Assembly (NCBI GenBank): GCA_031763465.1
Contig: JARFOE010000016.1
Span: 4,431,059-4,466,514 of the forward strand
Origin: Squatina squatina
Taxonomy: Eukaryota
Direction: 5' to 3'
Length of the DNA: 35,456 nt
Shown: in pieces, positions 34,844 through 35,456 of the stretch
How positions within the stretch are numbered: position 1 is the stretch's first letter
Layout: every line of letters starts with the position of its first letter
Notes under the pieces: model-generated
Databases searched by the model: none
The model's input: only the letters and a program-made list of their open reading frames with translations
What the model was told of the DNA's origin: nothing
Position numbers and translations under genes: made by a program

Positions 34844-35456
34844 TCATAGAATCATAGAATGGTTACAGCACAGAAGGAGGCCATTTGGTCCGTCGAGTCA
34901 GTGCCGGCTCTCTGCGAGAGCACTTCAGCTAGTTCCACTCCACCGCCCTTTCCCCGTAACCCTGCAGTTTTTTTTTCTTTCAGGTACTTCTCCAATTCCC
35001 TTTCGAAAGTCATGATTGAGTCTGCCTCCACCACCCTTTCAGGCAGCGCATTCCAGACCCTAACCACTCGCTGTGTAAAAGAAGCTTTACCTCATGTCGC
35101 CTTTGGTTCTGCTGCCAATTACTTTAAATCTCTGTCCTCTGGTTCTCGACCCTTCTGCCAATGGGAACGGTTTCTCTCTATCTACTCAGCCTAGACCCTT
35201 CATGATTTTGAGCACCTCTATCAAGTCTCCTCTCAACCTTCTCTGCTCTAAGGAGAACAACCCCAGCTCCTCCACTCTATCCACTTAACTGAAGTCCCTC
35301 ATCCCTGGAATAATTCTCGTAGATCTTTTCTGCACCCTCTCCAAGGTCTTCACATCCTTCCTAAAGCGCTGTGCCCAGAATTGGACACAAAACTCCAGTT
35401 GAGGCCGAACAAGTGTTTTATACAAGATCATCATAACTTAATTGATTTGTACTCTA
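34844..35456 (-). mobile_element. Relatively young CR1 LINE 3' end
   Basis: Tail (tcatagaa)2 is the reverse complement of the (ATTCTATG)-type repeat. Reverse strand VRVWNALPERVVEADSI..F.RELEKYL. Continues past the window end. Confidence 0.92.

Noticed and set aside
24215-35456. CACNA2D3 exon 4 (RLVEAAEEAH...) or a nested gene such as LRTM1
   Set aside because: No matching sequence found by eye. It is in a gap or beyond the window.
1-35456. Prokaryotic systems (CRISPR array, retron, defence operon) suggested by the RT motifs
   Set aside because: Spliceosomal exons and vertebrate LINEs/SINEs show this is a vertebrate locus. There is no repeat-spacer array, and all RTs are retroelement-type.

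Overview
This is vertebrate genomic DNA, not microbial. The repeat families point to a cartilaginous fish (shark or ray; inferred). The scaffold is heavily gapped, with about 19 uniform 100-N gaps plus several shorter and longer ones. The six-frame ORF track misses the real genes because they are split into short exons. Reading splice sites directly gives two ACTR8 exons (minus; 2903-3007, 3386-3496), two SELENOK exons (minus; 4900-4986, 5103-5193) and two CACNA2D3 exons (plus; 15261-15342, 24098-24214). This is the same ACTR8-SELENOK <- -> CACNA2D3 order and orientation as in human, as recalled. The other expected exons, including the SELENOK Sec codon and SECIS, are not visible and probably lie in gaps. 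The rest is intron or intergenic DNA containing CR1 and L2-type LINE fragments, Deu-domain SINEs and GC-rich MITE-like repeats. It also holds a decayed two-gene Harbinger transposon, a Penelope-type minimal hammerhead ribozyme repeat, and a stop-free retroviral reverse-transcriptase fragment. I see no convincing new multi-gene system. The best leads are the retroviral RT, an unexplained 204-nt in-frame candidate exon inside ACTR8, the hammerhead repeat and the Harbinger fossil. All homology calls are from memory of the families; no searches were run.
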